From Saccharospirillum sp. (GTDB lineage Bacteria > Pseudomonadota > Gammaproteobacteria > Pseudomonadales > Natronospirillaceae), in assembly GCF_039982735.1 (NCBI RefSeq), contig NZ_JBDWXV010000003.1, forward strand, positions 76,898 to 140,897: a DNA stretch of 64,000 nucleotides, given 5' to 3'. The translations under genes were made by a program, and so were the position numbers. Positions 28,326-37,721 of the stretch are shown in pieces. How positions within the stretch are numbered: position 1 is the stretch's first letter; each line of letters opens with the position of its first letter. The notes under the pieces were generated by a model. It was not told the origin of the DNA. It made no database searches and saw only the letters and a list, made by a program, of their open reading frames with translations.

Positions 28326-29531
28326 ATGCAAGACGCCTACATTTACGACGGAATTCGAACGCCCTTTGGCCGGTTTGGCGGAAAACTCTCCAGCGTGCGG
28401 CCAGACGACCTGCTCGCCCTGGCGATCAGCACCCTGGTGCAACGCACCCCCTTTAACCCCGACCACTATGAAGATGTGGTGGCAGGCTGCACCAACCAGG
28501 CCGGTGAGGACTCCCGTAACGTCGCGCGGCATGCCGGGCTTCTCTCTGGTCTACCCGTTTCTGTGGCCGGCCAGACCGTCAACCGGCTGTGCGGCAGTGG
28601 CCTGGCCGCCGTCATCGATACTTCCCGTGCCATTCGCTGTGAAGAGGGCGGCCTGTACATTGCCGGGGGTGTTGAGAGCATGAGCCGTGCGCCCTACGTT
28701 CTGGCCAAAGCCGAAAGCCCCTTTGCCCGCAACCAGACGATGTATGACACGGTGATCGGTGCCCGTTTTGCCAACCCCCGCATTCAGGAACAGTTTGGTC
28801 TCGACAGTATGCCTGAAACCGCCGACAACATTGCCGCCGACATGGGTCTGCCGCGCGACCAGGCGGATGCCTTTGCGGCCCGCTCCCAGGCGCTCTATCA
28901 AAAAGCACTGGCTCAGGGCTTTTACGACGAAGAGTTGCTTGAGGTGGAAGTCAGCCAGGGACGGAAAAAGCCCGCGCTTCAGGTTACCCGGGATGAACAC
29001 CCGCGCGCAGAAAGCACTGCTGACACGCTCGCAAGACTGCCACCCTTATTCACGGATGGAGTGGTTACCGCGGGGAATGCCTCCGGCATCAACGATGGTG
29101 CGGCGGCCCTGATTCTCGGCAGCCAGCAGGCCGGCAACGATGCCGGCATCAAACCCCGGGGTCGTATCGTCAGTTGCGCGGTAGCCGGCGTTGAACCCAG
29201 AGTCATGGGACTGGGCCCGGTGCCCGCCTCGCGCAAGGCACTGGCGCTGGCCGGTTTGACATTGAACGATATGGACGTGATTGAAATCAACGAAGCCTTT
29301 GCGGTGCAGGTGATGGGTTGTGCACAGCATCTGGGGCTGGCCTTTGATGACGCTCGCCTGAATGCCCATGGTGGTGCCATTGCCATCGGTCACCCTCTGG
29401 GCGCTTCCGGTGCCCGGCTCGCGCTGACGGCCCTGAGACACCTTGAAGCACAGCAAACCCGATACGCTCTGGTCACCATGTGCATTGGGGTGGGCCAGGG
29501 TATTGCTGTGATCATTGAGCGTTGTCGCTGA
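28326..29531 (+). CDS. beta-ketoacyl-CoA thiolase (PcaF/PaaJ-like)
   Basis: NRLCGSG, GGVESMS, GNASGINDGA, EINEAFA, GHPLGASG, MCIGVGQG. Confidence 0.95.
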   Translation: MQDAYIYDGIRTPFGRFGGKLSSVRPDDLLALAISTLVQRTPFNPDHYEDVVAGCTNQAGEDSRNVARHAGLLSGLPVSVAGQTVNRLCGSGLAAVIDTSRAIRCEEGGLYIAGGVESMSRAPYVLAKAESPFARNQTMYDTVIGARFANPRIQEQFGLDSMPETADNIAADMGLPRDQADAFAARSQALYQKALAQGFYDEELLEVEVSQGRKKPALQVTRDEHPRAESTADTLARLPPLFTDGVVTAGNASGINDGAAALILGSQQAGNDAGIKPRGRIVSCAVAGVEPRVMGLGPVPASRKALALAGLTLNDMDVIEINEAFAVQVMGCAQHLGLAFDDARLNAHGGAIAIGHPLGASGARLALTALRHLEAQQTRYALVTMCIGVGQGIAVIIERCR

Positions 29532-29547
29532 TGTTACCAAACAATGG

Positions 29548-29698
29548 CTGAGTTACCATGTGGCAATGGGCCGCGCCGAATGCCGGTAGTGCCTCTGAGG
29601 GGTCGGCGTAGATCCATCCGTGGAGCCTAGGCCGCAGCATCCCTGCTGCGGACTCCCCCTCAGAGGCACTACCGGCACTCGTCGCTCGTCAACTCAGC
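29548..29698. repeat. intergenic palindromic repeat, copy 1 (REP/MITE-like)
   Basis: 22-bp perfect IR (29581-29602/29656-29677), internal hairpin CCGCAGCA-TCCC-TGCTGCGG, and outer GCTGAGTT/AACTCAGC. The core is shared with the copy at 35462-35610. Confidence 0.8.
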
Positions 29699-29741
29699 AA
29701 ATCCAAAACTTGAGTTAATATCTAAAGAGTGATGCCTTCAC

Positions 29742-30527
29742 ATGCAAGACGATCAACCCGAAGAAAAAGACCGTAATTTTGTCACTGCCCTGGCTCGTGG
29801 GCTTGAGTTACTGCGCGCCTTTGAAGCGGGTGAAACCTACCTGGGTAATGGTGAACTGTCGAAACGCACCGGTATTCCCAAACCCAGTGTGTCTCGTCTC
29901 ACTTACACACTCACCCAACTGGGCTACCTGAAATACAACAGCCACCTGGAAAAATATCTGCTCGGCCCGGGTGTGCTGGCGCTGGGTTACCGGTTTTTCG
30001 CCAGCCATGGCATTCGCCAGCTGGCTCGGCCCTATATGCAGGAGCTGGCCAATTCGACGGACTGTGCCATTGCGCTGGGCGATGTCGACCGCAACGCAAT
30101 TACCTATGTGGAAGTGTGCCAGGGTACTGGCCCGCTGGTGATGCGTCTGGAGGCAGGTTCGCGCCTGCCTGTAGTGAGCACGGCGATTGGCCGGGCGTGG
30201 TTGTGTGGCGTTAGTGAGCAGCGTCGCACTGCATTTCTGGAACAGCTCAAGACAGCCGACCCAAAGCAGTGGGAGGCGGCACAGGGCGTCATTGACAAGA
30301 GCCTGGCGGATTATCAGCGCTATGGTTTTGTGTTTTCCGAGGGCGATTGGGAGAACGAAATCAGCGCCGTTGCCGTGCCGTTAATTCTTGAAGGCGGTTC
30401 TGAGGTAATGGCCATCAACTGCGGCGGCGCGTCGCTCAGGTTGACCCATCAGATTCTGACTGAAAAGCTGGGGCCGCGCTTAAAACGTCTGGCCAGCTCC
30501 ATTCAGGATCAATTGAAACACGGCTAA
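29742..30527 (+). CDS. IclR-family transcriptional regulator
   Basis: FVTALARGLELL, TGIPKPSVSRLTYTL HTH, GSRLP...TAIGRA, EISAVAVP. Confidence 0.95.
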   Translation: MQDDQPEEKDRNFVTALARGLELLRAFEAGETYLGNGELSKRTGIPKPSVSRLTYTLTQLGYLKYNSHLEKYLLGPGVLALGYRFFASHGIRQLARPYMQELANSTDCAIALGDVDRNAITYVEVCQGTGPLVMRLEAGSRLPVVSTAIGRAWLCGVSEQRRTAFLEQLKTADPKQWEAAQGVIDKSLADYQRYGFVFSEGDWENEISAVAVPLILEGGSEVMAINCGGASLRLTHQILTEKLGPRLKRLASSIQDQLKHG

Positions 30528-30583
30528 ACCGATGACTGCGCAGCCCGTTGCTGCGCGATCATTCTACCCAGCGATGTCACCCA

Positions 30584-32602
30584 CTACGCGACCGCTTGTT
30601 TCCCCTGGCCCCACCGGGCCAGCCCGATCGCGGGCAGCAAGCAGGCCGCGGCTATCAGCAGCAATTGCCACTGTGTCACTGGAATCAAATCCCCCCCGCC
30701 CGGCAAGGCCAGTGCAAGGCCGGCAATCAGGACCAGACCACGAACGACAATTTCCTGGGCAATGCCATAGCCCAATCGACCCACGCCAATCATGTACCCT
30801 TGCATGGCCGATGCGAAAAAGACAATACCGACCACCGCCTGCACAAAGACAATCGCAATCTCCAGTGCCTCGCCCTGCATAATCAGCGCCGGGTTCAATA
30901 CAAACAGAAACGGGATAAAGTAAATGACACTGCCCAGCTTCATCGCCTGAAGACCGGTTTCTATCGGACGAGCGCCGGCGACTGTTGCCGCTGCGAACGC
31001 GCCAAGCGCCACCGGCGGTGTGATAAAGCTAAGCATGCCCCAGTAGAGAATGAACAGGTGCACCGCCATTGGGTCCAGACCCGCTCCCCGTGTCAGCGCC
31101 GGAGCCAGGGCAACGGCCAGAAAAATGTAGGCCGCCGTTACCGTCATGCCAATACCGAGTACGAAACTGGTCAGCGCACCCATCAACAGCAGCAGCAACA
31201 CACTGCCACCGGCCAGGAAAATCAGATCATTGGCGATGGTTCCGGACAAGCCGGTGATCGACAAGGCCCCTACCAACAAGCCGACACCGACCAGGATCGC
31301 CGTTAACTCAGCAAATAATTTCGCGCCATCCGTCAGGGCCATGTAAGCCTGCTTCCAGCCCCACCGATGTTTCTTCGAAAACTGATTCAACACCAGCAAC
31401 AACGCCGTTGCATAAAACGGCGCAACGGCTTCACGCTGCATCACCAGCAACATCCAGATCAACAGGGCAAACACGAAAATGAAATACCAGCCTTCCTTCA
31501 ACGTAGTCGACAAGGTCGGCAGATCTTCCTTTGGCAACCCCTCCAGCTCATTGCGAGCCGAATAAGCGTCTATTTGAATAAAAAGCCCGAGAAAATACAA
31601 AACGGACGGGATAATCGCGGCCAGCACGACGGCTGAATAGGGGACGTTCAGAAACATCGCCATAACAAAAGCGGTTGCCCCCATTACCGGGGGCATAAGC
31701 ACACCACCGGTAGACGCACAGGCCTCGACACCGGCCGCAAAAGACCGCTTCATGCCGATGCGCCGCATGGCAGGAATGGACAACGTACCGGTGGTCAGAA
31801 CATTGCTGATCACACTGCCACTCATCGAGCCCATCAACCCGCTTGAAAAAATGGACACCTTGGCCGGACCGCCTCTAACGTGGCCCAGTACCGAGAACGC
31901 CAGGTTGATAAAAAACTCGCCGCCACCGGTTTTCTGCAACACTACGCCAAACACCAGAAAGCCAACCACCAGGCTGGCGAACGCTTGCAGTGGAATGCCC
32001 ATGACACTTTCGGTGCTCATGGTGTGATACATGGCGGTTTCCGACAACGAGCTTGAAAACGCCTGAATCGGGCCAGGCATAACGTCAGCAACCAGCGGAT
32101 ACAGAGAAAAAACAGCCGCGATAATGGCGATTGGCCAGCCACCGGCACGGCGCGCCGCTTCAATAATCAGCACCCAGAACAGGTAGCTGAAATAGATGGC
32201 CAAGTCGGGTGCGGCAAATGCCCAGCCACGCTCAAGAATCGGTTCGGCGTGTATGACAAAATACGCGCCGGTGATCAGCGTCAGAAGGCTCAGCGCATAG
32301 TCATACCAGGGCACCGGCTTTGACGCCAGGGAAGGCACTGCAGGCCACAACAGAAAGACCAGTGGCAACAACAAGGTCACCACCGAATAATAGAATTGCG
32401 TTTCCAGACTGGAGACGAACAAAAACCAGCCAAAATTGAATAAGTAATCCAGTGTCATGACCAACAACAGGCTGGTTATCGCGGCCGGCAACCATGCCAG
32501 GAAAGTGGGTAAGGCGCGGATGCTGATGGTTTTTTCTGAATCTGGCGCGTTATGGTCTGTCTCGTCGGGACGGACAGGGTTACCCTGAGCCTTGGTCGTC
32601 AT
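30584..32602 (-). CDS. TRAP transporter fused 4TM/12TM permease (TAXI type)
   Basis: RGGPAKV, GSMSGSVISN, ASTGGVLMPPVMG, GMTVTAAY, ITPPVALGAF; 672 aa hydrophobic. Confidence 0.93.
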   Translation of the reverse strand: MTTKAQGNPVRPDETDHNAPDSEKTISIRALPTFLAWLPAAITSLLLVMTLDYLFNFGWFLFVSSLETQFYYSVVTLLLPLVFLLWPAVPSLASKPVPWYDYALSLLTLITGAYFVIHAEPILERGWAFAAPDLAIYFSYLFWVLIIEAARRAGGWPIAIIAAVFSLYPLVADVMPGPIQAFSSSLSETAMYHTMSTESVMGIPLQAFASLVVGFLVFGVVLQKTGGGEFFINLAFSVLGHVRGGPAKVSIFSSGLMGSMSGSVISNVLTTGTLSIPAMRRIGMKRSFAAGVEACASTGGVLMPPVMGATAFVMAMFLNVPYSAVVLAAIIPSVLYFLGLFIQIDAYSARNELEGLPKEDLPTLSTTLKEGWYFIFVFALLIWMLLVMQREAVAPFYATALLLVLNQFSKKHRWGWKQAYMALTDGAKLFAELTAILVGVGLLVGALSITGLSGTIANDLIFLAGGSVLLLLLMGALTSFVLGIGMTVTAAYIFLAVALAPALTRGAGLDPMAVHLFILYWGMLSFITPPVALGAFAAATVAGARPIETGLQAMKLGSVIYFIPFLFVLNPALIMQGEALEIAIVFVQAVVGIVFFASAMQGYMIGVGRLGYGIAQEIVVRGLVLIAGLALALPGGGDLIPVTQWQLLLIAAACLLPAIGLARWGQGKQAVA

Positions 32603-32616
32603 AAGATCTACTCATT

Positions 32617-32657
32617 AAAAAAACAGATCAGCCAACCAGCCGGGGGCTGGCTGGCTG
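32617..32657 (-). terminator. hairpin followed by U-tract between TAXI SBP and permease genes
   Basis: CAGCCAACCAGCC/GGCTGGCTGGCTG stem, followed on the minus strand by ATCTGTTTTTTT. Confidence 0.5.
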
Positions 32658-32666
32658 CACAGCCGA

Positions 32667-33824
32667 TTACTCGAATACCAGATCCATACCCGCAGCGTTC
32701 AAGGCGTCTGCGCGTGCCTGCATCCAGGCTACGGTAAAGGCATCGTTATCGCTTGGGGCATCGTCGATGAACGCATTCCAGGCGTCCAGAATCAGATTCT
32801 GGCGGTTGACCAGGTAATCCTGATGAGCCTGAAGATCATCGTTCCAGATGCCGATTTCCTGATAGTAACGAACCACCCCTTCATGGAACGGAATCACCCA
32901 TTTCAGGTTCTGATTGTCCAGTGCATAGCCGTTAGCACCGGGCGCCGAATCCTTGTACGCGTCAAACTTTTCCTGCATGGCCTTGATCAGGCTGTAAGCC
33001 ACATCGTCATCCAGCGTCTCATTACCAATGACAATCGGGTAAGGGTAACTGGCACTCGGAACCGGATTGTCAGCACTGACGCCGCCGGCACCCGCGGTCA
33101 CCTGGTGAGGCTGAAAGTAAGGCGCAACCGCTCTCATGCGCTCCCAGCCTTCGGTATCGTTCGGGTCAAGCACCGGCCAGCTGATGCCCCGGGGGCTGCT
33201 GGCCAATTGCTGGGCTGGCGGTGTCACCGATGTCGTGAAGGAGGCATCAACGTTCCCCGCAATGATCCCGTCGAACGACCGTGCGTAGCCGGGAAAATCG
33301 ACCCGCTCCACGTCATCCCAGGTCAGGCCACCGAACGCCAGGTACGCCTCGGTGCCTTTGTTCAGGGCATCGTCACCGCGAATGTAAGCCACCCGCTTGC
33401 CTCGTAAGTCAGCCGGCGTCTCAACGCCCATGTCACCTGCTACTGCAATCGATAAACCAAACGATGCCTTGGACGTTGTAATCAGACGAATCGGCTGAGG
33501 GCCCCAGTCCCGGTCGGCGAACATCAGCACACCTTCAGCCCCGTAGTAACTGGCAATACCGCAGGCGCACAGGTCGACGCGGCCGGTTTTCAACGGCGTC
33601 ATGCGCGATACATCGTTGTCACCCGGCAATATGCGAACCGAGGTACCGTATTGGGATTGCAGCATGTTGCCAATGGCAACCACCTGAGCGTAACCACTGG
33701 AATTCGTGCCGTAGGCCGTCCAGGCCATGGTAGAGGGTAATTCAACCTCGGATGCCAGGCTGGCGGATGCACCAAAAATCAGTGGCAAGCTGGCAACAGC
33801 AAGGCGTAGCGCAAAACGTCTCAT
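32667..33824 (-). CDS. TAXI-family TRAP solute-binding protein
   Basis: Signal peptide, YGTNSSGY, DLRGKRVA, GLTWDDV, GNVDA, IPFHEGVVRYYQEIG. Confidence 0.9.
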   Translation of the reverse strand: MRRFALRLAVASLPLIFGASASLASEVELPSTMAWTAYGTNSSGYAQVVAIGNMLQSQYGTSVRILPGDNDVSRMTPLKTGRVDLCACGIASYYGAEGVLMFADRDWGPQPIRLITTSKASFGLSIAVAGDMGVETPADLRGKRVAYIRGDDALNKGTEAYLAFGGLTWDDVERVDFPGYARSFDGIIAGNVDASFTTSVTPPAQQLASSPRGISWPVLDPNDTEGWERMRAVAPYFQPHQVTAGAGGVSADNPVPSASYPYPIVIGNETLDDDVAYSLIKAMQEKFDAYKDSAPGANGYALDNQNLKWVIPFHEGVVRYYQEIGIWNDDLQAHQDYLVNRQNLILDAWNAFIDDAPSDNDAFTVAWMQARADALNAAGMDLVFE

Positions 33825-34060
33825 AGTTCACTCCTGAGTGCTTCTTGTTTTTGTTTTGCTGTGCGGAATTATCTTTCGCATGCAGAGGTTATCCTAGCCC
33901 TCGCTGATTCCCCCTGTCAATGGCTGGCGGCGTTCAGGCACCCCAGCTGTTCCGCTCTGCAGTTTGGTATTTTGTTTCTATTGACTATTGATGCCGGGCT
34001 GACCACCCTAAACAGCAAATTCCGACGGCACCGTTAAGCGCGCAAACATAGAGGGTTAGG

Positions 34061-35449
34061 ATGAGCCAGACTGTTTACTTGAGCTGCCAGGGTGACACGG
34101 CCCTGATCGAGATTGATAACCCACCGGTCAACGCCCTGTCACAGTCCGTCCGTGCCGGTTTGCTGGAGGCACTGGACAAGGCGGAAACAGACCCTTCGAT
34201 CAACGTGATTGCCCTGATGGGACGCGGCAAGGTGTTTATTGCCGGCGCTGACATCAAAGAATTCGGCAAACCGCCCCAGTCACCCATCCTTCCGGATGTG
34301 ATCGCGACGCTGGAGCAAAGCACGAAAGCGGTAATTGCCGTCCTGCATGGTGTGGCCCTTGGCGGGGGCCTCGAAGTGGCCCTGGGTTGCCACTACCGGG
34401 TTGCTCTCAATGACACTCGCCTTGGCTTGCCGGAAGTAAAGCTGGGTCTGCTGCCCGGCGCCGGTGGCACCCAGCGCCTGCCCAGACTGACCGGCCTGGC
34501 AACCGCTGCCGACTGGATCACCCGGGGTAAACTGGTCGATGCCAAGACGGCGCTGAGCTCGGGTCTGGTCGACGCCATCAGCGATGCGGATTCCGCGCAG
34601 GAAGCAGCACTGGCTGTTGCCAGACAATGGCAAGAAGGGCGTATTGCGCTGCGCAAAACCGGCGCCCTGCCCAACCCCCAAGACGACAGCCATGTCATCG
34701 ACCGTGCTCGCCAGCAATTGCTCGACGAATGCCCGGAGCTTTATTCCCCGTTTCGCATTCTGGATGCCCTTGAAGCCAGCTGTAATTTACCTCTGTCAGA
34801 GGGTCTGACACTCGAGCGCGAACTGTTTTTTCAATGCATGGACTCACCGCAGCGCGCCGGGTTGATACATCATTTTCTTGCCAGCAAAGCCATCGGCAAG
34901 GTGCCGGGAGCAGACGGTCCAGCCAGGATCGCAAGCGTCGTTGTGTCCGGTGAGCATTCAGTAGTTAAAGCCCTGGCCGATCAGCCGCTGGTGGAGCGGT
35001 CTGAATCCGGTTCACCGGGGATGAGCGTCTGGCTGACTTCAGACGACAACGAAAGCGCTGACACCCCTGTTACCGTCACCTTTCTCGATCCGGATTCAGC
35101 ACAGGCTGACGTGGCGAGCGACTTTTCATTACTGCTCATTCCCCATAGCCAGTGGGCAGAACTGATTGACCACGGAGCACAGCCCGGCGCACAACAAGCT
35201 CTGCTCAACCTGCTCAAATCTTCCGGCTTGTCGGTCATTCCAAGCAAGCAATACAGTCTCTATCGCGCCTTAAAGGACAGCACAAAAGCATCAGAGGGCG
35301 ACAGAAACGCGCAGGAAAAAGCCGCCCTGAGTAGCTGGGAAGCCGGGCTGTGCTATCGCGGTTCTGACATAGACGTACTGGCCATTGAAACCCTGGGCTA
35401 CCCAAAACATCTGGGTGGGCCACATTACAAGGCTACTTTGTCGAAGTAG
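34061..35449 (+). CDS. enoyl-CoA hydratase domain fused to a shortened, degenerate 3-hydroxyacyl-CoA dehydrogenase domain
   Basis: Intact crotonase motifs (DNPPVNAL, FIAGADIKEF, GGGLEVAL, PEVKLGLLPGAGGTQRLPRL). C-part lacks GxGxxG but retains DIDV...LGYPKHLGGP. Confidence 0.8.
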   Translation: MSQTVYLSCQGDTALIEIDNPPVNALSQSVRAGLLEALDKAETDPSINVIALMGRGKVFIAGADIKEFGKPPQSPILPDVIATLEQSTKAVIAVLHGVALGGGLEVALGCHYRVALNDTRLGLPEVKLGLLPGAGGTQRLPRLTGLATAADWITRGKLVDAKTALSSGLVDAISDADSAQEAALAVARQWQEGRIALRKTGALPNPQDDSHVIDRARQQLLDECPELYSPFRILDALEASCNLPLSEGLTLERELFFQCMDSPQRAGLIHHFLASKAIGKVPGADGPARIASVVVSGEHSVVKALADQPLVERSESGSPGMSVWLTSDDNESADTPVTVTFLDPDSAQADVASDFSLLLIPHSQWAELIDHGAQPGAQQALLNLLKSSGLSVIPSKQYSLYRALKDSTKASEGDRNAQEKAALSSWEAGLCYRGSDIDVLAIETLGYPKHLGGPHYKATLSK

Positions 35450-35461
35450 CCTGGTAACACA

Positions 35462-35610
35462 AGTTTCGGAGTTCGGATTAATAGGGTGGCTGTAGCCCGC
35501 GGCGGATACCGGTGGTGCTTCTGTGGGGTCGGCGTTAATCCATCCATGGAGCCTAGACCGCAGAAGCACCACCGGCACCCGCCGCTCGTATTGTGCAAAC
35601 TCCGAAACCT
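35462..35610. repeat. intergenic palindromic repeat, copy 2 (internally deleted variant)
   Basis: 15-bp perfect IR CCGGTGGTGCTTCTG/CAGAAGCACCACCGG (35509-35523/35561-35575) and outer GTTTCGGAGTT/AACTCCGAAAC. Core is 35/39 identical to copy 1. Confidence 0.8.
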
Positions 35611-35633
35611 GAACTCGTAATTTATCGACCTGC

Positions 35634-36938
35634 TTAAGCGTCGAATGCCTCTCGCGTCAGGTTACGATGGCCGGTTGCGGTCACCAGCACATTGTCTTCA
35701 ATCCGAATGCCACCGAAAGGCTTAAGCTGTTCGATCAGCTCCAGATCCAGCCCGTGCTGTGGCTCGGCTTCGATCAGTTTGTTCAGCAACATCGGAATAA
35801 AATACAAGCCGGGCTCAATGGTAATCACCATGCCCTCTTCGAGTGTGCGGGTCAGCCGCAAGAAGGGATTGTCCGGATCGTTACGAACATCACCTTCGGG
35901 GGTTTGCTGATGACCGGCGACGTCGTGAACGTGCAAGCCCAGCAGATGCCCCAATCCGTGCGGGTAAAACGCCTGGGGAACTTTCTTGCTCAGTTGCTCC
36001 TCGACTGGGAGGCTGCAAATCTTGTGGTCGAGCAACAGCTGTGCAACACCCGCCTTGGTTTTTCGATGCAGGTCGGTCATTTTCACGCCGGGTTTGATGG
36101 CCGCATTGATGTCTTGTTGCAGCGCATCCACACCCGCCAGCAAAGCAGCGAAACGACCGGTATCGGTAGTGTGCGTACGGGTAATATCACTGGCGTAGCC
36201 ATTCACCTTGGCACCGGCATCGATCAGCAGGGTTCGGTGTTGGGCCGGTACTTCAAACGAGCGTCGTTCGTAGTGCAGCGTCGCCGCTGATTCGTTTAAC
36301 GCAATGATGCCGCTGTAGGGTTCGGTGCTTTCCAACTGACCACTGGCGGCCAGATAATCGCGATACACGCCGGCTTCAGACTGGCCGGCAAAAAAGGCGT
36401 CACGCGCTGCCCGGTGTCCGCGTACCGCGAGCCGGTTTGCCTCAGCCAGGCATTCAACTTCAAACTCGGTTTTATAGGCGCGGTCATAGGCCAATAGGGA
36501 TCTCAGCTCCGTCGGGTTTAGTTCGACCGCATTAGTAAACTGACTCAATGCAGGATGCTCCGGACCAACCCAGGCGATGCGACCGGTCAGCGAGGGCAGC
36601 CAATCATCCAGGCTTTCAGCCGGTTGAAGGCGCCACATGCCTGCCCAGTCGCCACTCGGTTCGGTGGGCGAAATATGCCAGAAATCCTGACGGGCTGGCC
36701 ACAGCAAACGCGGCTTGTCGCCAGGTTTGAAAACGATGAAGGTGTCGGGCAGGACGTCGTAGGGTAACCACTGCTGAGCGTAGGCTCTCGGCGTATAAGG
36801 GTAAGCGCGGTCGTCCTCAGCCACCATGACGAGGCTCCCTGCGCTGATAACAACCTGGTCGTACCCGGTTGTCGCAAGGGCTCGTTCATAGCGTTCCATC
36901 AGGGTGGCCAGGTGGCGGCTGTAGTGTTGTGTATTCAT
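35634..36938 (-). CDS. pepQ: Xaa-Pro dipeptidase (prolidase)
   Basis: LLIDAGA...GYASDITRT, YPHGLGHLLGLHVHDV, TIEPGLYFI, GGIRIEDNV, plus a PepQ-type N-terminus. Confidence 0.92.
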   Translation of the reverse strand: MNTQHYSRHLATLMERYERALATTGYDQVVISAGSLVMVAEDDRAYPYTPRAYAQQWLPYDVLPDTFIVFKPGDKPRLLWPARQDFWHISPTEPSGDWAGMWRLQPAESLDDWLPSLTGRIAWVGPEHPALSQFTNAVELNPTELRSLLAYDRAYKTEFEVECLAEANRLAVRGHRAARDAFFAGQSEAGVYRDYLAASGQLESTEPYSGIIALNESAATLHYERRSFEVPAQHRTLLIDAGAKVNGYASDITRTHTTDTGRFAALLAGVDALQQDINAAIKPGVKMTDLHRKTKAGVAQLLLDHKICSLPVEEQLSKKVPQAFYPHGLGHLLGLHVHDVAGHQQTPEGDVRNDPDNPFLRLTRTLEEGMVITIEPGLYFIPMLLNKLIEAEPQHGLDLELIEQLKPFGGIRIEDNVLVTATGHRNLTREAFDA

Positions 36939-36989
36939 GGTGTCTCCAGCGGGCCAGTCACTCAGCCCTGTCAGTAAAAAAGGTCACGA

Positions 36990-37721
36990 TTAAAAACTTT
37001 TCGACAGCAATTCGTTTCCGTATTCGCTGTTGAACTGCTGTTGTTTCAGCTGGTCAACGGTGGCAAGCTCAATTAATTGGCCCTGCTGCAAAATGCCCAG
37101 GTTGTCACACAGAAAGGACACCACGGGCAGATCATGAGTCACCAGAAAATACGTGAGCCCGCGCTCTTCCCGTAGCGTTTTCAACAGGTTCAGCACTTCA
37201 GCCTGTACCGACACATCCAGTGCCGAGGTCGGTTCATCGAGCAGCATGACCGGCGGGTCGAGCATCAGGGCACGCGCGATCGCTACGCGCTGGCGCTGAC
37301 CGCCCGACAATTGGTGCGGCAAACGAAACCGGAATTTGCGGGCCAGCCCAACGGCATCCAGCGTCTCCAGTACTCGCTGGTTCTGGTCACGAATGCCATG
37401 AATACTGAGCGGTTCACTGAGAATGGTATCGACCGTTTTGCGCGGGTGCAGCGAGCCAAACGGGTCCTGAAACACCATCTGACACAAACGGACCAGAGCC
37501 GGGTCACGGCCGTGCTGCAGGTCGTGCTCGCCCAGCCGAATCCGGCCGGTCCAGTTGGTGATCTGGCCGGCAATGGCTTTGAGAATGGTGGATTTACCCG
37601 ACCCACTCTCGCCCACCAACGCAAAGCTACCGCCTTCCGGTACGTGCAACGTCACGTCTTTGACCACTGAGGTTTCCCCATAGGCAATCGACAGGTGCTT
37701 GAGATCAATCATGTTAGACAC
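36990..37721 (-). CDS. dipeptide/oligopeptide ABC ATP-binding protein (DppF-like)
   Basis: GESGSGKS, VFQDP, LSGGQRQR, LDEPTSALD. Confidence 0.93.
   Translation of the reverse strand: MSNMIDLKHLSIAYGETSVVKDVTLHVPEGGSFALVGESGSGKSTILKAIAGQITNWTGRIRLGEHDLQHGRDPALVRLCQMVFQDPFGSLHPRKTVDTILSEPLSIHGIRDQNQRVLETLDAVGLARKFRFRLPHQLSGGQRQRVAIARALMLDPPVMLLDEPTSALDVSVQAEVLNLLKTLREERGLTYFLVTHDLPVVSFLCDNLGILQQGQLIELATVDQLKQQQFNSEYGNELLSKSF

Noticed and set aside
27744-28532. 262-aa minus-strand ORF (similar cases at 19746-20516, 30548-31306, 2442-3149 and 62967-63596)
   Set aside because: All are antisense shadows of well-supported genes.
35291-35578. 95-aa minus-strand ORF spanning repeat copy 2
   Set aside because: Overlaps the hydratase 3' end and the palindromic repeat; better explained as repeat sequence.
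29548-35610. CRISPR array or IS interpretation of the two palindromic repeats
   Set aside because: Only two copies 6 kb apart, no regular spacers, no cas or transposase gene, and no evident target-site duplication.
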